From Mytilus californianus (Eukaryota), in assembly GCF_021869535.1 (NCBI RefSeq), contig NW_026262593.1:26288001-26352000 (forward strand): a DNA stretch of 64,000 nt, read 5' to 3'. Below are positions 26,130 to 38,566 of the stretch, one piece after another. The notes under the pieces are model-generated. The model saw only the letters and a list, made by a program, of their open reading frames with translations, made no database searches and was not told the DNA's origin. The position numbers were made by a program, and so were the translations under genes. The first letter of the stretch is position 1; each line of letters starts with the position of its first letter.

Positions 26130-28218
26130 TTCATACAAACATATCATAACCACATCACAGCTTAAGGCTTCTTCTGAACATTTGAAGGTCCCTACTATGT
26201 ATTGGTTACCTAAACTACACAAAAAACCAGTAAAATATCGTTTCATCTTGGCCTCTAGTAAGCGTTCTACAACTAATCTTTCAGTGCTTTTAACAAGTTC
26301 CTTAACTACTACCAAAGAGCTTATTATAAACTATTGTAATAAAATATATGAAAATAGTGGAATAACTATTTTTGGAGTGTTAAAAATTCTTTGGATGTTT
26401 TAGATAAATTACGTGCTTTTGATGGTCCTTTTGGTTCTGTTGACAGTTTTGACTTTTCTACTCTTTACACTACACTTCCACACAATCTTATCAAACAAAA
26501 ATTTGACTATTTAATTAAATGGTCGTTTGGTAAATCTGAATGCAAATATATTTGCTGCAACTCATTTAAAGCCTTCTTCTCTAATGAGAAAGGTAAATAT
26601 GCTAGATATACTTACTGGAGGTGTGATGAAATGATTGAAGCTGTTAATTTTCTCCTTGATAATATTATGTACGTTTCGGCAGCAAAGTTTATCGACAGGT
26701 TGTAGGTATTCCTATGGGCACTAATTGCGCCCCTTTAATAGCAGACTTGTTTTTGTACTGTTATGAATCACAGTTTATGACCAAACTCAGTAAAGACCCG
26801 TCTAAATTCCATTTAATTGATAAACTCAACAACACTTAACGTTATCTTGATGATATTTTTTCGTAAAATAATCAAGAATTTTCTCAATATACTACCGAAA
26901 TTTACCCAAAGAAACTTACTTTAAATAAATCAAATTTAAACGGTAACAACTGTCCTTTCCTATATTTAGATATTTCGGTTTTACACGTAAAACTCCACAC
27001 TAAAATTTACGACAAAAGGGACGATTTTTCGTTCCCTATTGTTAATTTTCCCTTTTTGGATGGTGATGTTCCTTTGGCACCATCTTACGGTTTTTATATT
27101 TCATAACTCGTTCGCTATTCCCGTGTCTGTTGTGACGTTTTTGATTTTAACGAAAGTAATCTATGTACTACTGGTAAATTATTAAGCAATGGAATTTCGT
27201 TACCACAAATTACTTAAAACCTTTACTAAATTCTTCCACAGATATAAATATTTGGTTTGGAAGTTTGGTTGTACCTGTAGAAAACTTATTTCAAACGGGA
27301 TTTCACATCCTCATTTTTACGGCAATATTGTTTACCGTGCCCGGAAATTTAGAAACGATCCTGGTAAACTTATCGATCCTTTAAGTAAACTTATTCTAAA
27401 AGGTTACCAATTCAACACTGTAATAAGATCATTAAATATTGTTTTTATTGGTACTAATATTGATTTTGTTATCAGTAAATTAAAAGCAAACTAAATATTA
27501 TTGTTATATACTTATACACATTCATGGATCTACAATCTGTCGATACCTGTATCTTGGCATTGCACAAGGTCATGTTTTTCTCTGACTGCTTATGACGTCT
27601 TTACACTAAATCCGTTGGATGTTGGATGCGTACGGATTGATAATTTAGTCATAGATGCATGATTTTTTTTATTAGTTGTTAGTGGCTTTGAACTAGCTGT
27701 CAGCAGCTGCGAGTACTCTCAGATCTGTACTTAGTGTCTTTTTGTTGTTTGGATGTACAAGTACCCGGCCACGTCCACTTGTATTTGTAGTATTTGTATT
27801 TTTATCCATCTGATGAGTTAAGCCTCTTTCAACTGATTTTTATAGTTCGTTCTTATGTTGTACTGTTATACCACTGTCCCAGGTTAGGGGAGGGTTGGGA
27901 TCCCGCTAACATGTTTAACCCCGCCACATTCTGTATGTATGTGCCTGTCCCAAGTCAGGAGCCTGTAATTCAGTGGTTGTCGTTTGTTTATGTGTTACAT
28001 ATTTGTTTTTCGTTCTTTTTTTTGTACATAAATTAGGCCGTTAGTTTTCTCGTTTGAATTGTTTTACATTGTCATTTCGGGGCCTTTTATAGCTGACTGT
28101 GCGGTATGGGCTTTGCTCATTGTTAAAGGCCGTACGGTAACCTATAATTTCTGTGTAATTTGGTCTCTTGTGGAGAGTTGTCTCATTGGCAATCATACCA
28201 CATCTTCTTTTTTATATG
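26130..28218 (+). mobile_element. 5'-truncated, decayed Penelope-like retrotransposon (RT at ORF C-terminus) with 3' UTR
   Basis: Across frameshifts and stops it reads YWLPKLHK, DSFDFSTLYTTLPH, GIPMGTNCAP, RYLDD, KIYDKRDDFSFPIVNFP. The ORF ends KLKAN* at 27494 with no GIY-YIG after it. The tail ends ...ggcaatcataccacatcttcttttttatat. Confidence 0.85.
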
Positions 28219-28434
28219 TAAATGTTAAAACTAGGGCTGAATTACAATTTATTGATATTTAAAAACAGCAACACTTTAACCACAAACCTAACCTCAACAA
28301 TGAAGACACTGACGACAACGACGGAATATAGGATAGCTTTGTTCCGTTTCCGCAACTGTCGTCGCTGGATCAACAAAATTGTACCCGATATTATTTTGTT
28401 ACGCAATAGTTTTTTTAAACTCCGCTAACTGAAC

Positions 28435-29424
28435 CTAAGTTACAGTAGTAGAATCTCTATTGCTGCTTTTGGTTTCGTCATGGCGCCAACTGCACGTTAC
28501 AAGTTCTTTAAATTGTTTCTTGAACTGCTTGTCAAACAGTCCGTATATAAACGGGTTTGCCACGTGGTTAACAACATAAAGTCTTTCCCCAATCCTTAAC
28601 ATTGCAAACTGGAAGGTGTTAAGATTATCCTCATTGACTGTTTTCTCTGTAATCTGAAGTATGAACAGTGGAATATAACTAACTGCAAAAACCATAGATA
28701 TAGCAAAAGCAATTTTGGTCATCTTACTTGAAATAGCCTTCTGTGTAGAGCTGGTGATTTGATTTTCTAGTCTTCTCTTATGCTGTATGTATAATTTCCG
28801 TCCTATGATTGAGTAAATAACGATCAAGACAATGGTGTAGAATATAAACAAAGAGAGGAAACCGTAACTAAAAGCAGTGGAATAAATTGACGGATTTGAA
28901 AGTGATATAGCACAGCTGTAACCAGTTAAGTTATATCCAACATTAATTTCTTCGTATTTAGAGATGCCAATATGTGGAGCAGATAGAATGAATGCAATGC
29001 CGAAGCAAGCAATTACCCAGTAATTGGCGTTATCCACACTAATTTGTTGTCCCAATGGGAAGCAAATCTTCCGAAATCTGTGAATGGACAATAGTAGTAA
29101 TAGGTGTGTGGAATACAATAAGAGGAAATACAGCATAACAACAAACACGATACATGCCCATTTTCCTTCAAAGGAATAATAGTGTACTATCCGAGCAATG
29201 TTAAATGGTATCCCAATCGTACAGAAGATCTGATCCGCCACTGCTAGATTCCATACAATTGTTCGGTGAACACTTCTAGCATATTTCTTTCCGTAAATAA
29301 CAAGAACTGTGAGGTTACCAGGAACTCCAATTATTAATGTAATCACAAGAAACACTATAGGTGCCAATAATTTTCGAAACTTCTCATCATTAAGATCACT
29401 TATTGTTAAGGTTAAATTAGCCAT
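28435..29424 (-). CDS. Intronless class A GPCR, copy B2 (329 aa; chimeric, premature TAG)
   Basis: 7TM motifs are intact. The body is B1-like, the tail and 3' flank are D-like, and the stop lies 12 codons before the homologous stop. Confidence 0.93.
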   Translation of the reverse strand: MANLTLTISDLNDEKFRKLLAPIVFLVITLIIGVPGNLTVLVIYGKKYARSVHRTIVWNLAVADQIFCTIGIPFNIARIVHYYSFEGKWACIVFVVMLYFLLLYSTHLLLLLSIHRFRKICFPLGQQISVDNANYWVIACFGIAFILSAPHIGISKYEEINVGYNLTGYSCAISLSNPSIYSTAFSYGFLSLFIFYTIVLIVIYSIIGRKLYIQHKRRLENQITSSTQKAISSKMTKIAFAISMVFAVSYIPLFILQITEKTVNEDNLNTFQFAMLRIGERLYVVNHVANPFIYGLFDKQFKKQFKELVTCSWRHDETKSSNRDSTTVT

Positions 29425-30837
29425 GGGTAACTTTACCAGCACAGGAATTCAAGCGATCATCAAATGCAACATGCTAACATGGCTTTATATCCCTTAATAT
29501 TAAATGAATTTATTTCCTGGTATTTACGAACAAGGGAATGAGGAACTATTTTTTGTATAGATGACATATATTTGGATTGTCAAAATTAGATTATTTCAAC
29601 ATCATAAAACATTTTTTATCTAATCAGGAGGAAATAAAAACAATGTCATATGGTTGTTTAATCTGGTCTTATTTTTCCGAATGATACACGAAGGACGTAA
29701 CAGTTATCGGGTTCATGAATAAATATGCATTTCACGTTGGGATACAGAAACCTGCTGATAATATTCTTGAAGAACCCTTCGACCCAGAATCCTGTCAGGT
29801 TTATTTGTTTGTATGATTTCAGTCTTACGTGAACCATAATGTAATCTTCCCTTCCATCTTCAACTTAATATATCGTACGGATACATAAATCCATTGTAAT
29901 ACATGAAATTATATTTCCATATTAATTATTGCGTTATTAACATATAGCATTTGATTTACCTACAAATGTTCTACGTTTTGTTCCTTTGATAGTTGTTTTG
30001 GGGCTTGCTTTTTACTCATCTGATAGTAACTTTCAACTATCCACATTCGTCATGTGTCTATCACACAATATTAATGTTTTTATTATAAATTAGGATGTTT
30101 TGTTTTCTCTTTTGAATTTAGTTATTATAATTTACCAAAGATCACCAAACGGTGTGGGTTTTGTTAATTAGTGAATGGTGTATGGTGACCAGTAGTTGTT
30201 TTGATTCTTATCATTTAGTCTTTGGTAGATAGTTGTATCATTGGAGACCACATCCCCAAATTTTCATACAAGTATGGTGCTATATAATTGTTTCCGGTTT
30301 GTTCGTAACTTTATAGGTAATTTGAAATAAACACATTTTTTTAGGTTTCGTTCCTTTAGAAACACGTTTGACAAGATGCAACAGAAATTCGAATAAGAAA
30401 ATAAATAAGGAAATTCAAACCTCGTTAAATACACCACATAGCATCTCTAGCACTAACAAAGGCGTTATTCCAGTTTATCAGGAACTCTGCCCTTTGATTG
30501 ACAATTGTGTTGAGTTTTCATAGATGAAAGTCCATTGATCAAATTTGTATGTGTTCTTTGAATTTATTACATATTTTTGATTATATACTAGTATTTTGAA
30601 CCTATTACAAATGTTTTATTCATCTGAACTTATTTTATTTCTAAACGTACATGATTTTCAAGACGTCAAAAACAGCTGTATTTGATAAAGCGTCGTAAAG
30701 AATGGTAAAAAAGACAAATTCATTTTGTCAAATACGACGACAGAAAGAGTAAACAAAGACAGAAAGATATATTTGTGCAAATACCATGGCGATGATTAAA
30801 TATTAACAAACATCATTCATATAAGAAAATACTATTA

Positions 30838-31365
30838 GTTACATGGTGTGCTAGTGACCTAATACGGTATATATATGGGGTCAGTAAATTCCATATGGGG
30901 TGAGAGCGAAGCTCGAATCCCCATATGGAATTTACTGACCCCATATATACCGTATTACGTCACTAGCACACTATGTAACGAATTTATCTTACCGACTATC
31001 TTAACGTGTCATATTTAGACATAGTCTAGTGACCTATCAAAATGAGCAAGTCTTCAATACCGTCAGCATTAAGAAACTACTTCCATTGATTATGCAAAAA
31101 CAGATACCAACAACTTGTTATAAATAATATTAAATGTGTTTTATGAATTTATTTTAATCTTCATCATCAATTTCTTTGTCTGTTGAAACCTTTAAGATTT
31201 TTTCTCACTACTGTTTTGTTTTTATAAAGGGACGTAACATCACTACTAACCGTGTATTGAAATGAGCCCCGCCTCTCTACTAACCTAATATGGAATATAC
31301 ACGGTCTCCACGCGGACGCTTTTAACCAATCATATTCCTAGAAATGTATAGGAGGTAAGATAAAT
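30838..31365. mobile_element. ~530-bp palindromic non-autonomous element
   Basis: A ~62-bp-arm hairpin at 30838-30979 with a GAGCGAAGCTC apex, plus an IR atttatcttacc (~30982) / ggtaagataaat (~31354). It is absent from the paralogous upstream region of B1 (~18120). Confidence 0.75.
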
Positions 31366-32399
31366 AAAAATACACCAGCTATCAACCAATAAAAATCCCG
31401 GATACTTATATAAGGTTTAAGTATGTGGAAATGCACGATGTTGGTTAATTTTTGTAAGATTTATCAAACTTGCCAACATTTTTGCAAATCCAATCCGACA
31501 ATTCCTGTTCTGATAACTAGTCCATTCTAGCTCTTTTTAGCCATATTCTGAGTAGTAAGATCATTTAATTGTACTTGTGTAGGCCAATTGTCAAAACCTA
31601 AGGCACGAAACTATAATGTGTTATTCAACTCGTTTACCTGGAAATATTTTAGTTCTAAATATAAATGATGGAACAATAACTAGAGCTTTGAAACAATTAC
31701 AAAACTATTTAAGTGATAGGTTTATTATTCAGAATAGTTTCGAGCTCTTACACTCTTTCGTTAAACATTGGGAAATGTGATCGGAAATATTTTGCCTTGT
31801 ATGTTCTCGCTTTATTTTTATATTTCTCTGAACAAAATATCCTGTCTTGTTTTGGTCTTTCTTTTTGCTGCGTTGCAATTAAGGAATCTAATTGTGTTTT
31901 GTTGTTAGATCTTCAGATATAACCTTCACTATTGACGTAAGGATGATATAGAACTTGATATAGGATTAAAACCAATTGTTAACGTCTGAATGTCTATTAA
32001 GGCTTTTTATTTGACTAAATAACGGTCTGATTGACGTTTTCCGTTTAGCAATCCCATTGTCTTTGTTTCCTCGTATTTACTATTGGCCATCCATATATCC
32101 ATTGTTTTGTAATTTTCAAGTATTTTCGTCACCGTTTTCCGGTTTCAAAATGAGGAGAAATCATAATACAAGCACACACACAAACAGGATAATATGATAT
32201 GATATATGCATGAATATTCATAATGTATGATAATCAACGGTTTTCAATACAAAGATATACGTCTAGCACAGCAAAGATAGACACCAAAGTTTTCGCCTTT
32301 TGGTTAACAAATTTTAAAACAAAATTCTAGACAATGTGTTCGTTTGAAAGCAATTACAATAGTCAAGTGTCTCTGTCATATACCAAGATTTTAATCTCC

Positions 32400-33420
32400 C
32401 ACGTATAAATAAACAATATGGAGTATGAACCTGACATACACTTTCATAGATCAGTTACAATTAACAAAAAAATAATGCAAAAATATGCTAGGAAATTTGC
32501 CAAGACAAACCCTGACAAGTTTACTGATTTTAGAGCCAGACAACATAAATTCAATTCCGAACGTAGGTAACACCTTACCCTCATTTTACATCAGCATTTT
32601 AAGTTGGCACAAAGCAAACAATACAACAACAAACAACATACCTAACACAAGCTTTGAAAATACAAGGCAACAAATCTTGTGGGGTAATACAAATATAAAG
32701 TTAAAAAAAAAATATTTAGGGTTTCATAATTAAATAAACGGATGGTGTTATTTTCATCAATGACATCATTGATCAGAAAGGGTATATCTTACAAAAAATT
32801 GGAGAAATTAATCGCAAAACCTTAGAACTTTCATAACTGAAACATTCAATTTCAAAACAATAGTCAAATATATTAAAATCTGATAAATCATTGAAAACCT
32901 CTTTGAAAACAAATTTTAACATATCCTTGACTTATAACAGCGATATTGAATTAATTGAATGTATGTAATTTAAATAATTATGCAACAATATTATTAGCCA
33001 GAATAATGAGAGATCAATAAGATTCTTAAAATGGAAAAATGTATTGAAATTTGACTCAATCACTGAAATAAGAAATATGCTACAATATAATTTCTTTTAC
33101 ATAATCATTGATGATTATAAAATAATAAGATAGAAACTGTTCCATTACATCCTCTTATGTAAACAGTTACTTCATCAATGGAACATACAAGATAACAGAA
33201 TGAGTGTCCTCTGTAATGTGACAGAAAACTAAAAACACTTTTGTGTTAAATGTCAGTACTTTAATGAATTCTGGAACAAATTATATGTGCTTGTAAACAA
33301 AGCCAAGAAGAGGTCATAAATATTTGAAATTGTCAATGATCATTGCTATAGTAATGAGAAATAAAAGCGGAGAAAACAGTACAATTTCCGTCATCATGTT
33401 TAACTTACTATAATATATTC
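32400..33420 (+). mobile_element. L1/Tx1-clade LINE ORF2 3' remnant
   Basis: Reads LPSFYISILSW...RQQILWGNTNIK, and later KLFHYILLCKQLLHQWNI...LCNVTEN*KHFCVKCQYFNEFWNK, a zf-RVT-like C-terminal Zn-knuckle pattern with many stops and frameshifts. Confidence 0.7.
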
Positions 33421-34135
33421 AAAAAAATATTATATAATACATGCAATTGGTAAAACTAACTACGCATACTTATAAATTTACTGGGTAATTTCCCTGTTTA
33501 TCCAGTGACTGATTCATTGGGCACAATAACATGACTTTGTGTTATACTAGGGTTATACTAGCTTCTGAAAAAATAACGTGTCCGTAATTTGAACTTCGTA
33601 AAACAGGGACTGCTTAATTCAGAAGGATCATTTCAATTTCAGAAGGAAAAAAAATAAATATAAAAATTTATTGGAGATTTTCATAAACAATAACAAGTTT
33701 TGCGTACTGAAAACATGACATTTTATCAATTATTAAGCTTATTGTTACATTGAAAAATACATGTATTATGATTTTAATTCACCAACATAAAATTTGTTAT
33801 TCATCATAGCATGCATAGCAGGTTATAAAATATAATCACAATGTTGCTATCAAATAACAGCAAGAGTATAATTGACTTTACAATAGTGATGATCTGTACT
33901 TGGTATAGTGCTATTGTTTAGATGTCGATTTATTATATAATAACGTATACGGACAACAGTTACTTGCTGTCGTAGCATCTCAGTTCACCACATATCTCAA
34001 TTAGCCGTTTCGGGAACTAAAGGATTTTGGGTCATTTCATTGTTCGTACCCCAAAATGAAAATAACGTCATTGGTTGAATTCCCACTGTTTAGGCCGTTG
34101 TAAGCCAATCACAACGTTTTGGTGTACACTGTATA

Positions 34136-34224
34136 TGTAAGTGGATGATAATCCCTTTCTTCGTGATTAAGTACGAGCGTTAGCGAGTACTTATCATGAA
34201 GTAAGGGATTATCATTCTCTTACA
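34136..34224. repeat. 89-bp palindrome with gagcgttagcga apex
   Basis: tgtaagtggatgataatccctttcttcgtgattaagtac pairs with gtacttatcatgaagtaagggattatcattctcttaca. Confidence 0.75.
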
Positions 34225-35215
34225 AACTTAGAATATTGTAAAGTGTTCAAGGCTCAAATGATCTATTCAAGAATTAGTTTCATTGTCAGTGCAATGTTTA
34301 TAATTGATGCATGACTTCCTTTTTCGGCATGTCATTTATAGATTAGTTTTAGTGAAGTGAGGACTTTATTATCATTTGGGAAATATTTTTAAAAAAAAAA
34401 TGCGTTATAGATATTAGGTGACACAACAGTAGAAAGAAAATGTAGGAATTGTACGTTTCCTGGTTGTGAGTATGAATGTAAATCATGTAATATTTTAGTG
34501 AGGAATTATCCTTTTTTATTTACAGTTTAAACCCATTAATACATTTGAGTTACAACTAAATTTTATTTCACAGCCAATATTTTGGTCCGGCTTTTTACAT
34601 CAAATACTGTTTCATTATGTCAGGAAAATGTTCAAAAATAGTGCCCTTATAAGTTTTTAATATGTTCATAATTAAATTCCTGTTTTTTTTTTATCGGAGT
34701 ACAATGTACATGTATTGGAAATAACTATTTTCCCCAACCGCTGATCAAGTAATCAAAGTTTTGGAAAGCTAAAGATTTAGGTTATTTTTTATCTGAAAGA
34801 TTGTTTTTCTTTTTTTTTTTTGCATTGCTTTGGTATTTTTGTTTGTTTCATAATTCAACTTTTAGTCAGTTTCAATCACTGTGTGATAAATCCTTTCAAT
34901 CTGATAAATGTGCTTCGGGGCAGTTGTAACTCATTTATAGAAACTCTTTGTTTTGAACTGTAAATAGACCCAAATAATAGGATAATCCCTTACTAAGAAC
35001 ATGATTTACATTCATTCTTCACAATTAAGATGCATCCAATACTACAATTTCATTGGTCGAGAGTACTTTGCTATATTCTAAATTGAAAATATTACCCAGA
35101 ATGCATTAGATTCTGAAACGGCGATATATAAATTAATTTTCGTTTCCTCGCGTATATTTTTTATAAAAAAATCTCATCAAAGATACTAGGCGCATAAATT
35201 TTGTATTAATTTTGT

Positions 35216-35250
35216 GTTTCGTCTTCATCAGACTCATCAGGGACGCTCGA
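35216..35250 (-). ncRNA. Partial hammerhead motif (stem III lost)
   Basis: Minus strand gagcgtcc-CTGATGA-gtc tgatgaa gac-GAAAC followed by unrelated sequence. Same family as 4624-4668. Confidence 0.5.
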
Positions 35251-35513
35251 ATCAAAAAGGACATGAAGGTCAAATTAAATTTTGATTATATCTGTCGTGT
35301 TGAATTTATTTTTTTTAAACTTTTAATCGACTACGGTCTTGTCCATTTCGTTTCTTAATTGTGAATTAGTATCTTGTTTGACACATCTTAAGGATTGTTT
35401 TATTGAAAATAATTAAGTTACTAGTACAATTCGTGAGAGAGTATTAGTATCATTGATCCAGTCGTATAATTTCATAAGTTATCGCTACAATAAATGTATC
35501 TGAGACAATTATG

Positions 35514-36539
35514 TTACGCAACACTATTTTTAGACTGGTCATGTTGAATTTCTATAGCAGAAGTAGATTCTATAGTACAGCTATTTGTTTCGTCACGACT
35601 CCAACCGCATGTTACAAGTTCTTTAAAATGTTTCTTGAACTGCTTGTCAAATAGTCCGTATATAAACGGGTTTGCCACGTGGTTGACAACATAAAGTCTT
35701 TCTCCAATCCTTAACATTGCAAACTGGAACGTGTTAAGATCATCCTTATCGATCGTTTTTGTTGTAATCTGAAGTATGAATAGTGGAATGTAACTCACGG
35801 CAAAAACTATAGATATAGCAAAAGCAATTTTGGTCATCTTACTTGAAATAGCCTTCTGTGTAGAGCTCGTGATATGCTTTTCGAGTCTTCTCTTTTGATG
35901 TTTGTATAATGTCCATCCTATCACCAAGTAAATAACGATCAAGACAATGGTATATAATATGAACAAAGCAAGATAACCGTAACTAAAAGCAATGGAATAA
36001 ATTGACGGATTTGCTTGCGATATAGCACAGCTGTAACCTGTTAAGTTATACCTCACGTTAATTTCTTCGTATTTAGAGAGGCCAAAATGTGGAGCAGAAA
36101 GAATGAATGAAATACCAAAGCAAGCAATAATCCAATAGTTGACATTATCCAAACTTATTTGTTGTCTCAATGGGAAGCATATCTTCCAGAATCTGTGAAT
36201 GGATAAAAGTACTAATAAGTGTGTTGAATACAATAAGAGGAAATACAGCATAACAACAAATACGATACACGCCCATTCTCCTTCAAAGGAATAATAGTGT
36301 ATTATCCTAGCAATGTTAAATGGTATCCCTATAGTACAGAAGATCTGATCCGCAACAGCTAGATTCCAGACAATAGTTCTGTGTACACTTTTAACATATT
36401 TCTTGCCATAAATGATAAGAACTGTGAGATTCCCAGGAATTCCAATTATCAAAGTAATCACGAGAAACACTATAGGTGCCAATAATTTTCTGAACTTTTC
36501 ATCATTAAGATCCTTTATTGTTATAGTTGAATTAGTCAT
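35514..36539 (-). CDS. Intronless class A GPCR, copy C2 (341 aa)
   Basis: Intact ORF; HRFWKIC like C1; flanks homologous to those of C1. Confidence 0.95.
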   Translation of the reverse strand: MTNSTITIKDLNDEKFRKLLAPIVFLVITLIIGIPGNLTVLIIYGKKYVKSVHRTIVWNLAVADQIFCTIGIPFNIARIIHYYSFEGEWACIVFVVMLYFLLLYSTHLLVLLSIHRFWKICFPLRQQISLDNVNYWIIACFGISFILSAPHFGLSKYEEINVRYNLTGYSCAISQANPSIYSIAFSYGYLALFILYTIVLIVIYLVIGWTLYKHQKRRLEKHITSSTQKAISSKMTKIAFAISIVFAVSYIPLFILQITTKTIDKDDLNTFQFAMLRIGERLYVVNHVANPFIYGLFDKQFKKHFKELVTCGWSRDETNSCTIESTSAIEIQHDQSKNSVA

Positions 36540-37501
36540 GGTGTAAATTTTTTTTTTAAATACATGGGGTGTACGTGTTTGCTAAACACTTCATGCAATG
36601 TGAATATAACATGCAAGTTACTTCACTAGTTATTAAACAAAGAAACGAGGAAATATTTTGGTACATTATAAGTTACTTAAGGGGGTGTCAAATCGAGGTT
36701 ATTCAATATTCATATGAGCAATTTTGTCTGATCAAACAGCGGAAATAAACTGTATTAATTCTCAAAAACATTCTATTGTGTTTTGTTTCAGTTCCATGAA
36801 TAATTGTATTTCGAGATGGGATAGACACCTGCTGATACAGGAAGAAGTTATGTAGATGTTACTTAACTACTTGTACCACTTGCTTTTATCTCTCTTGTAA
36901 TCTTAAACTTAATGTATATAAAACTTTTTTAGCATAATGTGTATTTCCATTTTTATCATATAGTTAGAAATTAATATTTTTTCTCTGTAATAATAGGATT
37001 TATTTCAAATGACAAATGAACGTTGATATGAAAGTGTTATTACTGCTTCCTGTTATTATCCCACGTCTGTTCGTATCTGTATCTCACCACGATTTGATCC
37101 TGGTAGCTTCGGGTTCTGCGAAAGCAACTAACAACTGTAAAGGAAACGGGAAATATGTAACGAAATTCGAAACAAATTATGCAATTCTTTGCATAATGGC
37201 GTTAGAGCTATTTGCAGTCCTATATTTAAGCGTACTAACCAAACAGTATGTATTATCTACCTTACTACAGATCTATTTTCAGTCCTAGCTTTCACAATGA
37301 TTTATTTAATTGATGGAGATCTGTCCCAAGTCAAGAGCGTGTAGTTCAGTGGTTGTAGTTGGTTTATGTCTGTCATATTTGTTTTTCGTAAATTGTTTTT
37401 TTTACTAAATTAGGCTGTTAGTTTTCTCAAATGAAATATTTCATGTCGGGGCGTTTAATAGCCGACTATGCGGTATGTGTTTTTGTCATTGTTGAAGGCC
37501 G

Positions 37502-37814
37502 TACGGTTGCCTATAATTGCTTACATTAACTCCATTTGAATTGTGTTAGATAGTTGTCTCATTGGCAATCTTACCACATCTTCTTATTTTTATATCAGTC
37601 TTTTAGATAATTTAATGTAAAGTAAAATTGGAGATAATCCATTATTCGGAGAAGTATATACGGTTGCCTATAATTGCTTACATTAACTTCATTTGAATTG
37701 TGGTAGATAGTTGTCTCATTGGCAATCTTACCACATCTTCTTATTTTTATATCAGTCCTTTAGATAATTTAATGTAAAGTAAAATTGGAGATAATCCATT
37801 ATTCGGAGAAGTAT
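37502..37814. repeat. Tandem duplication, 2 x ~157 bp
   Basis: tacggttgcc...ggagaagta occurs at 37502 and 37659 with a few substitutions. Confidence 0.9.
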
Positions 37815-38566
37815 GGTTATGTTGATTTGGATAATCAACGACACATTGGGAAAACATTTTCAAATCTTAAATTTGTTTGAAATTTTACATTTGCATTTCA
37901 TTATCAATCATATCAATCTGTGTATGCCACTGTAAACATATGCAAAATTTCAGACATAAATAGAGGCAACTAAGGTGATATTCAAATCTCGTTAAACGAC
38001 TAAGAAGACAAATCAAGGTAAAACCACAACTTTGGGAATCGCAATCACAGAAGCGAAAGAGAAATTGGAAAAAGCGTGATACTCAGGTTTATTTTTGGTG
38101 AATATACTTAAATCAAACAGCCATTGTTATTTGAAAAAGAAGTAAAATTTGTTTTGTAACTTTTGATACTCAACTTTACCAGTTTTCCACAATCTTGCAA
38201 AAAAAACCGGAAGAATGTTGATTAATGAGTAAGTTACTTAAAACACGGTCATCTGATTTGTCCGTAGAGACTAATGCTTTTTGTCATCTGCTGTAATGGA
38301 ACCTCATAGATTTACTATTATCATCTGTTTGACCCCAATGAAATTACAATTTAAGAAGCCACATTGAGTTTAGTCGTGACACTCATACTGGGCGTCTGCA
38401 AATTTCCATACCAGGGTCTAACTTATAGGTTATGTATAACCTATTGTTTATCATTTTTCAAAAACGTATACGAAGCTTAGTTGTTTTTCAGTTAAAAAAT
38501 AAACAAACGGTGACCTAAAATTGTGAATCGCTCTCCTAATTTAAGAAACATATTCGTAATTAGAAC

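Noticed and set aside
27805-27850. CTGATGAG in the retroelement UTR as a hammerhead core
   Set aside because: No stem II closure or GAAA follows.
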